From positions 5,520,001-5,584,000 of the forward strand of contig CM075994.1 of assembly GCA_038087875.1 (NCBI GenBank): a stretch of 64,000 bases of DNA, in the 5' to 3' direction. Below are positions 41,401 through 52,944 of this stretch, one piece after another. This DNA comes from Malacoraja senta. Its lineage: Eukaryota. The notes under the pieces were generated by a model, which searched no databases, had not been told where the DNA came from, and saw only the letters and a program-made list of their open reading frames with translations. Within the stretch, counting starts at the first letter, position 1, and every line of letters starts with the position of its first letter. Both the position numbers and the translations under genes were made by a program.

Positions 41401-41616
41401 TGTAGATTGGTTTATGCATGACAACCAATCATATATAGGATAGCATCACTAACTCCACCTTACTGTATCATTTATATTAACTCCCGCTTCCTGTACTACG
41501 CAGTTCGGTTAGCAGTCAGGATGCAGTGACAACTGACATTCTAATGTACTGTTAAAGTCTGTATAACAAAGTCTGGATGATCTTAGGTTATATGCCGTGT
41601 ATATGTCATATTTACA
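41401..41616 (+). repeat. 5' LTR (216 bp)
   Basis: TGTAGATTGG...CATATTTACA; about 90% identical by eye to 42439-42507 plus 47084-47290. Confidence 0.92.
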
Positions 41617-41632
41617 TGGTGGCAGAAGTGAG

Positions 41633-42391
41633 TACCCACAGAGTAAAGGACTCGCTGAACGACCTGTCAGAAGCGCTAAACAACTGATGAACGAGCGCGT
41701 CTTGCCAAATCAAATGTGTACCTTGATCTCTTGAATCTCAGAAACATTGCCAGAGACGGGACCCTGGGTTCACCAGCACAACGACTGATGTCCAGAACAA
41801 CACGAACTCCAATTCCCATTGCTCAGCAGAAGCTGATACCGCAGGTGCTGAAGCCTGCTTCTATCCAAAAGCGTATTCAGGAGAAACACGATATTCAGAA
41901 GCGATCGCATGACAAATCAAGCAAACCACTCGAGCCTCTTCTGCCGGGCCAGGTTGTTCGGTTACAAACTTCTATGGGACATTCCCGTCTGGGTACTGTT
42001 GTCGGCCCAGCTGACGAACTACGGTCTTACCTTGTGGACAATGAGGGAGAGTCTACCGCAGAAGTCGTCAACATGTGCTTGCTATGCGGGAACCCCGTCC
42101 GCCACAGCCGGACCCTATGCTCCACCGCTTCAGTTCCAGCCGTTCGCTGCCGAACCTTCTACCGATCTCCGCATGTCCCATACTCATCCACGAGCAGCGT
42201 CCGTGACTAACCACGGGATTGCCTCCCCTGCATACTCCCCCTTACGGCCACCACAAGTCTCTCCCGCGGCTTTCTCGCTTCCGGGTTCACCTCCTCCCTC
42301 TAATATTTCCGGTGAAGGAGGAGAGGGTTTGGTCCGTACGCGTTCGGGCCGCATTAGTGGACCGCCTGATAGATATGGCGAAGATGTTTAA
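41633..42391 (+). pseudogene. Gypsy integrase C-terminal remnant
   Basis: YPQSKGLAERPVRSAKQLM, LNLRNIARDGTLGSPAQRLMSR, LLPGQVVRLQ, RSYLV, RTRSGRISGPPDRY; frameshifted. Confidence 0.88.
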
Positions 42392-42506
42392 CTTTAATAG
42401 CATGGGTGCTCACTATACCCATTCTTTAGGGGGAAGGATGTAGATTGGTTTATGCATGACAATCAATCATATATAGGTTAGCATTACTAACCCCGCCTTA
42501 CATTAA

Positions 42507-42919
42507 CGCCCAGGGACCGTTGCAGGAGGAGGAGCGGCGTCCGGGTAGTGAGTAGTTAAACAGCGCGGGGCTTTGCTTTCCAGACGCCGAGGGACCGTTG
42601 CAGGAGGAGGAGGAGCGTCCGGGTAGTGAGTAGTTACACAGCGCGGGGCTTTGCTTTCCAGACGCCCAGGGACCGTTGCAGGAGGAGGAGCAGCGTCCGG
42701 GTAGTGAGTAGTTAAACAGCGCGGGGCTCTGCTTTCCAGACGCCGAGGGGCCGTTGCAGGAGGAGGAGCAGCGTCCGGGTAGTGAGTAGTTAAACAGCGC
42801 GGGGCTTTGCTTTCCAGACGCCCAGGGACCGTTGCAGGAGGAGGAGCAGCGTCCGGGTAGTGAGTAGTTAAACAGCGCGGGGCTTTGCTTTCCAGACGCC
42901 CAGGGACCGTTGCAGGAGT
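42507..42919 (+). repeat. 78-bp GC-rich tandem monomers (5 plus a partial copy) forming the CR1 5' UTR
   Basis: Unit cgcccagggaccgttgcaggaggaggagcagcgtccgggtagtgagtagttaaacagcgcggggctttgctttccaga. Confidence 0.95.
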
Positions 42920-43070
42920 GCCCAAAAACTGCAACGTTCCATTCAGGTTTCCTATAAGTGAGGAAGCAGCTGATTGGTGGAAGAGGACTAAGAGGAAGCA
43001 GCTGATTGGGAGTCGGATCCCTGCTGATTTCCTCCACCAGTTTGTATTGTATCCAGGGTAAGGGGGGAGA

Positions 43071-44006
43071 ATGAGGGCCAGGGCAGTTTACTGTTCTGGA
43101 TGTCAGATGTGGGAGGTCATGGAGTATGATACCCCTCCAGACGTCCACATCTGTGTCAGGTGCGTAGAGATGGGGTTCCTAAGGGACCGTGTTAGGAACC
43201 TGGAGCAACAGCTCGATGACCTCTGTCTGATCCGGGAGAGTGAGGAGGTCATAGAGAGGAGTTATAGGGAAGTGGCCACTCCAAGACCACGGGAGGCAGA
43301 CACGTGGGTCACGGTTAGGAAGGGCAAGGGGCAGAGGCAGGGACTAGTCAGTACCCCGGTGGCTGTACACCTAGAAAATAAGTACTCCTGTTTGAGTACT
43401 GTTGCGGGGGACAGCCTTTCTGGGGGTAGCGACAGCGGCCGGGCCTCCGGCACAGAGACCGGCCCTATTACTCAGAAGGGTAGGGAAAAGAAGAGGAGGG
43501 AAATAGTAATAGGGGTCTCTGTGGTTATGCGGTCGGATAGGCGATTCTGTGGATGCAGTCAGCAGACCCGGATGGTAGTGTGCCTCCCTAGTGCCAGGGT
43601 CAGGGATGTGTCTGAACGTGTCCAAGAGAACCTGAAATCGGAGGGAGAGGAGCCTGAGGTTGTGGTACATATTGGTACCAATGACATAGGCAGAAAAAGA
43701 GAAGAGGTCCTGAAAGGAGAATGTAGGGAGTTGGGAGGACAGTTAAGGAGAACGTCCGCAAAGGTAACAATCTCAGGATTACTACCTGTGCCACGGGACA
43801 GTGAGAGCAGGAATGAAATGAGGTGGAGGATAAAAGCGTGGCTGAGGAACTGGTGCAGCGGGCAGGGATTCAAATTTTTGGATCATTGGGACCTCTTTTG
43901 GGGAAGGTGTGACCTGTACAGAAAGGACGGGTTGCACTTGAACCCGGGGGGGACCAATATCCTGGCGGGGAGATTTGCAAAGGCTACTGGGGAGACTTTA
44001 AACTAG
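43071..44006 (+). CDS. CR1 ORF1p (Cys zinc finger, coiled coil, SGNH esterase-like), 311 aa
   Basis: CSGC...CVRC, heptad LRDRVRNLEQQLDDL, HIGTNDIG, DGLHLN. The GDS motif is altered to GVS. Confidence 0.88.
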   Translation: MRARAVYCSGCQMWEVMEYDTPPDVHICVRCVEMGFLRDRVRNLEQQLDDLCLIRESEEVIERSYREVATPRPREADTWVTVRKGKGQRQGLVSTPVAVHLENKYSCLSTVAGDSLSGGSDSGRASGTETGPITQKGREKKRREIVIGVSVVMRSDRRFCGCSQQTRMVVCLPSARVRDVSERVQENLKSEGEEPEVVVHIGTNDIGRKREEVLKGECRELGGQLRRTSAKVTISGLLPVPRDSESRNEMRWRIKAWLRNWCSGQGFKFLDHWDLFWGRCDLYRKDGLHLNPGGTNILAGRFAKATGETLN

Positions 44007-44011
44007 AACGG

Positions 44012-46936
44012 TTGGGGGGACGGACTCGAATTGAGAAATATGGTAGAAAATGTGGGAGGCAGGAGGCAGAGAAGGGAAACACTCGGACCCAAAATGTAGG
44101 GGAGAAAGAAGAAAAAGATAATAAACAGAGAATAAGTGGTGGTGGGTTTCTTAAATGTGTATATTTTAATGCTAGGAGCATTGTAAGAAAGGTGGATGAG
44201 CTTAGAGTCTGGATTGACACCTGGAAGTATGATGTTGTGGCGATCAGTGAAACATGGTTGCAGGAGGGCTGTGATTGGAAATTAAATATTACAGGATTTC
44301 GTTGCTTCAGGGATGATAGAATTGGAGGGGCAAGAGGTGGGGGTGTTGCATTGCTTGTCAAAGAAGATATTACAGCAGTGCTTTGGCAGGATAGATTAGA
44401 GGGCTCGTCTAGGGAGGCTATTTGGGTGGAGCTGAGAAATGGGAAAGGTGTAGCAACACTTATAGGGGTGTATTATAGACCGCCAAATGGGGAGCGTGAA
44501 TTGGAAGATCAAATATGTAAGGAGATAGCAGATATTAGTAGTAAGCACAAGGCAGTGATTGTGGGAGATTTCAATTTTCCGCACATAGATTGGGAAACAC
44601 ATTCTGTAAAAGGGCTGGATGGTTTGGAGTTTGTAAAATGTGTGCAGGATAGTTTTTTGCAGCAATACATAGAGGTGCCTACTAGAGAAAGGGCAGTGCT
44701 GGACCTCCAGTTAGGAAATGAGAGGGGGCAGGTGGCGAAGGTAAGCGTTGGGGAGCACTTCGGGTCCAGTGATCACAATACCATTAGTTTCAATATAATC
44801 ATGGAGAGGGTCAGAACTGGACCTAGGGTTGAGATTTTTGATTGGAGAAGGGCTAACTTTGAGGAGATGCGAAAGGATTTAAAAGGAGTGAATTGGGACA
44901 TGTTGTTTTATGGGAAGGATGTAGAAGAGAAATGGAGGACATTTAAAGGTGAAATTTTAAGAGTACAGAATCTTTATGTACCTGTTCGGTTGATAGGAAA
45001 TAGTAAAAATTGGAAAGAGCCATGGTTTTCAAGGGAAATTGGACACTTGGTTCGGAAAAAGAGAGAGATCTACAATAATTATAGGCAGCATGGAGTAAAT
45101 GAGGTGCTTTAGGAGTATAAATAATGTATAAAGAATATTAAGAAAGAAATTAGAAAAGCTAAAAGAAGATATGAGGTTGCTTTGGCAAGTAAGATGAAAG
45201 TAAATCCAAAGGGTTTCTACAGCTATATTAACAGCAAAAGGATAACAAGGAATAAAATTGTTCCATTAGAGAGTCAGAGTGGACAGCTATCTGCATAGCC
45301 AAAAGTGATGGGGGAGATACTGAACAATGTCTTTTCTTCGGTACTCACCAAGGAGAAGGATATGGAATTATGTGAGGTAAGGGAAACTAGCAGAGTAGCA
45401 ATGGAAACTATGAGATTCAAAGAAGAGGAGGTGCGGACACTTTTGAAAAATATGAAAACGGATAAGTCTGCAGGTCCTGACAGGATATTCCAGAGGACAT
45501 TGAGGGAAGTTAGTGTAGAAATAGCAGGGGCTATGACAGAAATATTTCAAGTGTCATTAGAAACGGGAATAGTTCCGGAGGATTGGCGTACTGCGCATGT
45601 TGTTCCGTTGTTTAAAAAAGGGTTCTAAGAGTAAACCTAGCAATTATAGACCTGTTAGTTTGACGTCAGTGGTGGGCAAATTAATGGAAAGGATACTTAA
45701 AGATAATATATATAAGCATCTGGATAAGAAGGGTCTGATTAGGAACAGTCAACGTGGATTTGTGCCTGGAAGGTCATGTTTGACTAATCTTCTAGAATTT
45801 TTCGAAGAGGTTACTAGGGAAATTGATGAGGTTAAGCAGTGGATGTTGTCTATATGGACTTCAGTAAGGCCTTTGACAAGGTTCCTCATGGAAGGTTGGT
45901 TAAGAAGATTCAATTGTTGGTTATTAATGGTGGAGTAGCAAGATGGATTCAACAGTGGCTGAATGGGAGATGCCAGATAGTAATGGTGGATGGCTGTTTG
46001 TCAGGTTGGAGGCCGGTGACTAGTGGGGTGCCCCAGGGGTCTGTGTTGGGTCCACTGTTGTTTGTCATGTACATCAATGATCTGGATGATGGTGTGGAAA
46101 ATTGGATTAGTAAGTATGCAGATGATACTAAGATATGTGGTGTGGTGGATAATGAAGTAGATTTTGAAAGTCTACAGAGAGATTTAGGCCATTTGGAAGA
46201 GTGGGCTGAAAGATGGCAGATGGAGTTTAATGCTGATAAATGTGAGGTACTACATCTCGGCAGGACAAATCAAAATAGGACGTACATGGTAAATGGTAGA
46301 GAATTTAGGAATGCAGTTGAATAGAGGGATCTAGGAATAACTGTGCATAGTTCCCTGAAGGTGGAATCTCATGTAGATAGGGTGGTAAAGAAAGCTTTTC
46401 GGGTGCTGGCCTTTATAAATCAAAGCATTGAATATAGAAGTTGGGATGTAATGTTAAAATTGTACAAGGCATTGGTGAGGCCAATTCTGGAGTATGGAGT
46501 ACAATTTTGGTCGCCTAATTATAGGAAGGGTGTCAACAAAATAGAGAGAGTACAGAGGAGATTTACTAGAATGTTGCCTGGGTATCAGCAACTAGGTTAC
46601 AGAGAAAGGTTGAACAAGTTAGGTCTTTATTATTTGGAGCGCAGAAGGTTAAGAGGGGACTTGATAGAGGTCTTTAAAATTATGAGCCGGTTAGACAGAG
46701 TTGACGGGGATACGCTTTTTCCATTGAGAGTAGGGAAGATTCAAACAAGGGGACATGACTTGAGAATTAAGGGAGAGAAGTTTAGGGGTAACATTAGGGG
46801 GAACTTATTTACTCAGAGAGTGGTAGCTGTGTGGAATGAGCTTCCAGTGGAAGTGGTGGAGGCTGATTCGATTTATCCTTTAAAAATAGATTGGATGGGT
46901 ATATGGACGGGAAAGGAATGGACGGTTATGGTCTGA
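44012..46936 (+). pseudogene. CR1 ORF2 (APE endonuclease and reverse transcriptase), disrupted by stops and frameshifts
   Basis: YFNARSI, ISETW, YYRPP, VGDFN, SDH; PQGSVLGPLLF, YADD. Split across five or more ORFs. Confidence 0.95.
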
Positions 46937-47200
46937 GTGCAGGTAGATGGGACTAGGGGGAAGTATTTATTTTTAAAAAATAAAAAAATAAAAAAAATAA
47001 AAATATTCGGCACGGACTTGAAGGGCCGAGATGGCCTGTTTCCGTGCTGTAATGGTTATATGGTTATATGGTTATATGGTTATATTAACACCCACTTCCT
47101 ATACTACGCTGTTCGAGTAGCAGTCAGGATGCAGTGACAACTAACACTCTACTGTACTGTTAAAGTCTATATATAGATTAAATATGATCTTAGATTACAT

Positions 47201-47258
47201 AGAAACATAGAAATTAGGTGCAGGAGTAGGCCATTCGGCCCTTCGAGCCTGCACCGCC
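47201..47258 (-). mobile_element. 58-bp extreme 3' stub of HER1-type CR1 with a 9-bp TSD
   Basis: AGATTACAT at 47192-47200 and 47259-47267; the insert matches 26609-26666. Confidence 0.9.
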
Positions 47259-48282
47259 AGATTACATGCCGTTTATATGTCATATTTACAGCAAATGAAA
47301 TTAAGTGAAAATGCAATCAGCTTTTTGGCTTGGCATGCCCAGTGCTTGAAACTGCGATGCCAATGGAAATGAAATACAAATTCAAACACGTGTTTGGCCT
47401 GGACTGTGCTTGAAACTGTAATGGCAATGGAAGTAATATAAAAATGCAGTGAGCTGGTCGGCGAGCCCTATGCTTGAAACTGCAATGGGAATGGAAGTGA
47501 AATGAAAATGCAGTGAACTCTTAGGCCTGCCCTGTGCTTGAAACTGCAATGGCTACGGAAGTAAAATTAAAATGCAGTGAGCTGTTCGGCCAGCCCTGGG
47601 CTTGAAACTGCAATGATAATGGAAGTAAAATGAAAAAAAGCAGTGAGTTGTTCGGCCTGCCCTGTGCTTGAAAGTGCAATGGCAATGGAAGTGAAATGAA
47701 AATGCAGTGAGCTGTTCTGCCAGCTCTGTGCTTGAAACTACAATGGCAATGGAAGTGAAATGAAAATGCAGTGAGCTGTTCGGCCTGCCCTGTGCTTGAA
47801 ACTTGAATGAAAATGGAAAGGAATTGAAATGAGATGTTTGGCCTGCCTGAAACCACTAATTTCGGCCCACGTGGCCCCTATTAGCCGCGAAACCAGTCCC
47901 CTTTGCCCAAAATGCCCTTATTAACACAGGAGGAGCATTTTGGCTCAAAAGGCCCGTGCCAGGCCAGGAAAAGTCCAGACAAATTGCCTTTCATTGAGAT
48001 TTCGATCAGATTTTTTTAAGAGTTCCTTCCACCCATCAGGCGTGTATCCCAGGATGAGCCCCTTCGGACCATCAGTTAGTATTCCCTCTGCAAGTACTAA
48101 ACCTCACCCCAGTATTTTATCTCTCCCTTCATTGTTTCCCTGTGAGATCCAGGCCAGTATATACTTTCCTACTTCATTGCTGTGATCTCCAGAATTTTTT
48201 TTAAAATGTATACAATTTAATCTCCACCCTCTCCCCTTCTCTCTCACAGAGTCTCTCGCCTGTTTTGGGCAGAATTTCTGGC

Positions 48283-48453
48283 AGTTACTGAGCTGCCAGC
48301 TCATCATACCTGAGTGACTGAGCTGCCAGCCCACCAGGCCTAAGTGACTGAGCTGTCAGCCCACCAGGCCTGAGTGACTGAGCTGCCAGGCCAACAGGCC
48401 TGAGTGACTGAACTGCCAGCCAACATGGCCTTAGTGACTGAGCTACCAGCCCA
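48283..48453 (+). repeat. 30-bp minisatellite (about 6 copies) in the Helitron 3' arm
   Basis: Unit gagtgactgagctgccagcccaccaggcct. Confidence 0.95.
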
Positions 48454-51107
48454 AGAATCCATTCGGCCCACTAGGTCCTTACTAACCTGCAGGAAACCAG
48501 TCCCTTCGGCCCCAAACATTCATATTAGCACTCCAGAAAGACCCCCCCCCCCCCACTGTCCGCCAATATTGGAATTGGTGGAGAGGTTGAATATTGCGTT
48601 GGGGGGAATAGTGAAGAGGTGGAATATTGCGTAGCCCTCCCGTGTGAACATGGGACACAACGTGTCCCACTTTGCCTGGTTCATGCTTTTTCCGGTACGC
48701 TTCTAATGCTTCTTACAATAATTTGAACTTTTAAATGCATGATATCGCATTATTCGATCTAAATTTTAGTTTCAATGTCAGTGAGTAATACAAAACACCT
48801 TTTCAAGGATCATCTATTGTTGCATTAGTTTTCGCTATCGAACGAAGATATATACTGGATGTATTCATAACCAGCATCAACGTGTTACCAACTGTTTCAA
48901 CGTAAATTCCCCAGGGGGAAGTAACAACCCAGTAGATTTTTAAAATAAAAGCTAACAATAATTCTAATCTAAGTATGTAAAATTACAGGTCATCAATATC
49001 ATTTAGTTTGTTCTATATCACTTTGTGTGTGTTGCATTTGCTCGCGCTTTCAGTCGCGATTTCGTTCGTCTACCCTGGGCTGTAATAGGCACAGATACTG
49101 CTAAAAGAAACAGTTCAATCATTTGAAATACAGCACTTTGCTTGCTTTTCTTACCTTTGTCCTCCGTGGGTGTACTAAAACTCTCTGTATCTGAAGACCG
49201 GAAAGTATTTGAATAATTCCTGTAAATTGTTCGGTACATCCACAAGACAAATACTTTTTAAGATGTAAAGGTAAAAGGGGTAAAGGGCTGGGGTTGCGGA
49301 TTAAGTATACGCAGTGGAGCCTGATCTGACGGAGGTAACAGCTAGTGAAATAAATATATTAACATTGCTTTTTGCACCGCCATTATTGCAATATTACTAA
49401 ATATGGAAAGTCGCGTAGGACAAATATAAAATGTTATGATTATGGAATTACACCTGAGAGGTTAAGTGCAAATGGCATGAGACATTAAGGCATGAGCAGT
49501 TAAGTGCAGATATACAGATTTGTCATAAAACGGAAGTAAACTGTAGACACGCAGGATGAGCGTTCACTCTCCGGCTGAAATATGACATCATAAGAAATGG
49601 GCCTTTGAGACTGACACTCCATTCAAAAATAAATATTTTATTTTCGCCTGAATAGATGAATGATAGAAACATAGCCATTTTAGGAATAGTTCTATGTACC
49701 AAGATAATTTTTCAGGTATCATCTATGTTACACCCGAAGTAATATAAATCAACGGTGAATAAAACTCAGTTTCGAGGTTTGCCTCAATATAAAAGATAAT
49801 AATATTAATGACAATAAAATTAAAACAATAATTCAATAATAGTCCGACACAGGATCCGCCCACATCCTGACATTCCCTGCGCTATTTTTTAAGATGGTTG
49901 TATCACTTGATCGCGAATATGCCGTCGTCATCGCATGCACCCACTAAGTTCAACATCCCAACTGATAAACCAGAATCATAATACACAATTTCGTAATACA
50001 TTCATATTAGAAAGTATTCAGAAAATTAGTGGAAAGAACAATATCCAAATGACGCTAATAATAAATTCAACCAAGAATGTTGCTTTACTTATCCATGTTC
50101 GAAACTATTATAACGTAGCCACAATTGGATGAAAGTAAAAGGAGAACGACACTTAGACAATGCAAATTATGAGAATGTATATGAACTTAGCTGCAGAATT
50201 ACTTCGAGGTCTCCTAAATGACTTCTTGTCTTCTGAAGTCGCATAAAAAGAGGCAGCTTAGTATTCCTTCCAAACATTCATGCCATTAAACAGTACCAAT
50301 TCATATAAACGTGTGCACAGCCATGCCTTGTTGGTTCAAAACACTAAATTATTGTCCAGGGAAAATTACATAAATTAAATAAAAGTTATATCTTTATAAA
50401 ATATATTGAGTTAAGATTATTAAAGGCACAATGGGATAAACATCATACTTCACAGTGACGCTTACGTGCATGAAATAGTTCGCGAAATTTTGATGAAAAC
50501 ATGATTGGGAACATTGAGTGCCAGGAACGATTTGCGGCTGGGTTTGATCATATCGGAGTATCACGCAGCCATAGAACTGGAGGTTATTTGAGATCAACGA
50601 CTATGGCGGGATTATGTAAAATATGAAACTGAAATTTACTATCTGAAACTTACAGTACAGGGAAGATGTCACATGAAATGGGAAAGATTCCCCAACACAT
50701 GCCGTCTCCGTCTTAGTGTTATGGTCAGTGGCCTTGAAGGCATCGGCTTTCTTGCTCTCCACGGGAATGCTGAGGACTTAGTGTCAGAAAATGAAATTCG
50801 ATCTACTTCACTAATTTTTGTACTGGTTTAAAATGTGCGAATATTATCAATTCAGGCCTCACAGGCAGACTAGTTATTTCTTTATCCCCAAGATGTGCCA
50901 TAAATTAAGTGTCTATTGTAAATTGCCCCAGTACACGGAGTGGCGGTCGCATTGCGATAGGGCGCGGCATTTGGTGAGTATATGAACTTGAATACATTAT
51001 AAGGAAAGAATGAGTCGAATGGAATTTTCGGGATTCCTCCGATAGCCAGGTATGTGCTCAAATTGCCTCATTTGCTGTGTTCAAAAGTGCATATTTTATT
51101 GGAGAAG

Positions 51108-51462
51108 AGATGGGCAATTCGGTCCATTGTGTTTGCTCTGCCATTCAATCATGATTGATATTTCTATTCATCTCAATCGCATTCCCATGCCTTCTCCAGA
51201 TAACCTCTGACACGCGTACCAATCAAGTATATATCAATCTCCACCTTAAGGATATCCACTGATTTGGCAATGGCAATGAATTCCACATATTCGCTACGCT
51301 CTGATTAAAGTAATTATTTTTCATCTCCTTTCTAAATGTATGTCCGTTTAATCTGTGGCTATGGCCTCTGGTCCTAGACAGTTCCACTAGAATATGTATA
51401 ATCTCCACAACTACTCTATCCAGGCTATTCAACATTCGGTAAGTGTCAATGTGGTCCCCCGT
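51108..51462 (-). mobile_element. Decayed CR1 3' end
   Basis: SRTRGHSHRL...FNQSVANMWNSLP. Confidence 0.75.
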
Positions 51463-51542
51463 GGTTCAGAATAAAAAAGGAACATCGTAATATGATTCAG
51501 TATTATGGTGTACTGTATGTTGTTGCTTATATATATATAAAT

Positions 51543-51624
51543 ATTGTCAATGGTGTGCATTTATATCTCAAAGGAAATAGTGGTATATATATACAAACAC
51601 ACACACAGATGTAAATATATATAT

Positions 51625-51694
<70 letters not shown>

Positions 51695-51730
51695 TATATG
51701 TGTGTGTATGTGTGTGTGTGTGTGTGTTTG

Positions 51731-51781
<51 letters not shown>

Positions 51782-51861
51782 ATGTGTGTGTGTGTGTGTG
51801 TGTGTGTTTGTATATATGTACTACTATTTCCTATGAGATATAAATGCACACCATTGACAAT
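51543..51861. mobile_element. Palindromic MITE-like element with a (CA)/(TA)/(TG) microsatellite core
   Basis: ATTGTCAATGGTGTGCATTTATATCTCAAAGGAAATAGTGGTA... is the near-perfect reverse complement of ...TACTACTATTTCCTATGAGATATAAATGCACACCATTGACAAT. Confidence 0.7.
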
Positions 51862-52229
51862 GGAATTGTGAATAAATTGAACATTTGATTTTAGGACGAA
51901 ACGCTGAAGTATAATCTTTTCAAAGACGCAACCGGACCAGTTTTTTCCTGTTTATTTCAGTGTGATCATTCATTTGGTTAAGGACTATGGTGTCACTTGG
52001 GGTAAACCATGAAATTAAGCTAGTCTCTTGAGAATAGATCAATATAAATTCATTTAATGTTCCAACTTGCTCCCCCACAATCAGATTGGTCGCTGAAACA
52101 TTACATTTTCCAAGGCTTAACCAGAAATACAGAAGCAACCATTAGCTGGTCTGTTATACATTACCAATTTGTTTGCGAAGAAATCTAATTTCTAAGGAGA
52201 AATACAAAGGAATAAAATTATTTATAACC

Positions 52230-52882
<653 letters not shown>

Positions 52883-52884
52883 GA

Positions 52885-52944
52885 CTCTAGTGTGACCATC
52901 TATTCACTCTGGTGTGACCATCTATTGACTCTGGTGTGACCATC
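52885..52944 (+). repeat. 22-bp tandem repeat, about 3 copies
   Basis: actctggtgtgaccatctatt(c/g). Confidence 0.85.

Larger units (their letters stand above)
42508..47083 (+). mobile_element. Near full-length CR1 LINE inserted in the Gypsy 3' LTR
   Basis: 5' tandem monomers, ORF1, ORF2, 3' stem-loop region and (ATGGTTAT)n tail. Flanking ATTAAC at 42502-42507 and 47084-47089. Confidence 0.95.
41401..47290 (+). mobile_element. Internally deleted Ty3/Gypsy LTR retrotransposon (Mag-like) inserted in the satellite
   Basis: 5' LTR 41401-41616 (TG...CA), PBS TGGTGGCAGAAGTG, integrase remnant, PPT TTTAGGGGGAAGGA, split 3' LTR from 42439 to 47290. 5-bp TSD GCAAT/GCAAA. Confidence 0.92.
13462..47850 (+). 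repeat. Satellite array of 69-bp monomers (64-bp variant lacks one TTGGC), roughly 400 copies, single orientation, interrupted at 26601-27733 and 41401-47290
   Basis: Consensus TGTGCTTGAAACTGCAATGGCAATGGAAATGAAATGAAAATGCAATGAGCTGTTTGGCTTGGCCTGCCC; period checked at 13501 / 13570 / 13639. Confidence 0.98.
13082..48679 (+). mobile_element. Non-autonomous Helitron with a massively expanded internal tandem repeat
   Basis: 5' A|TCTATGTACATAAA at 13081/13082. 3' hairpin TGGGACAC-AAC-GTGTCCCA (48651-48669), then CTGG|T (48676-48680). No TSD; AT target. No Rep-helicase ORF. Confidence 0.78.

Noticed and set aside
13392..41428. Hundreds of minus-strand ORFs up to 627 aa, rich in FHFHCHC / PLPLQFQAQGR
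   Set aside because: These are translations of the 69-bp satellite, open in all three frames because that strand is stop-poor. No evidence of coding selection.
42498..43148. Minus-strand 26-aa repeat ORFs
   Set aside because: Antisense reading of the 78-bp CR1 5' monomers.
13462..47850. CRISPR-like regular array
   Set aside because: Units are wholly homologous monomers with no unique spacers; there are no cas genes and the context is eukaryotic.
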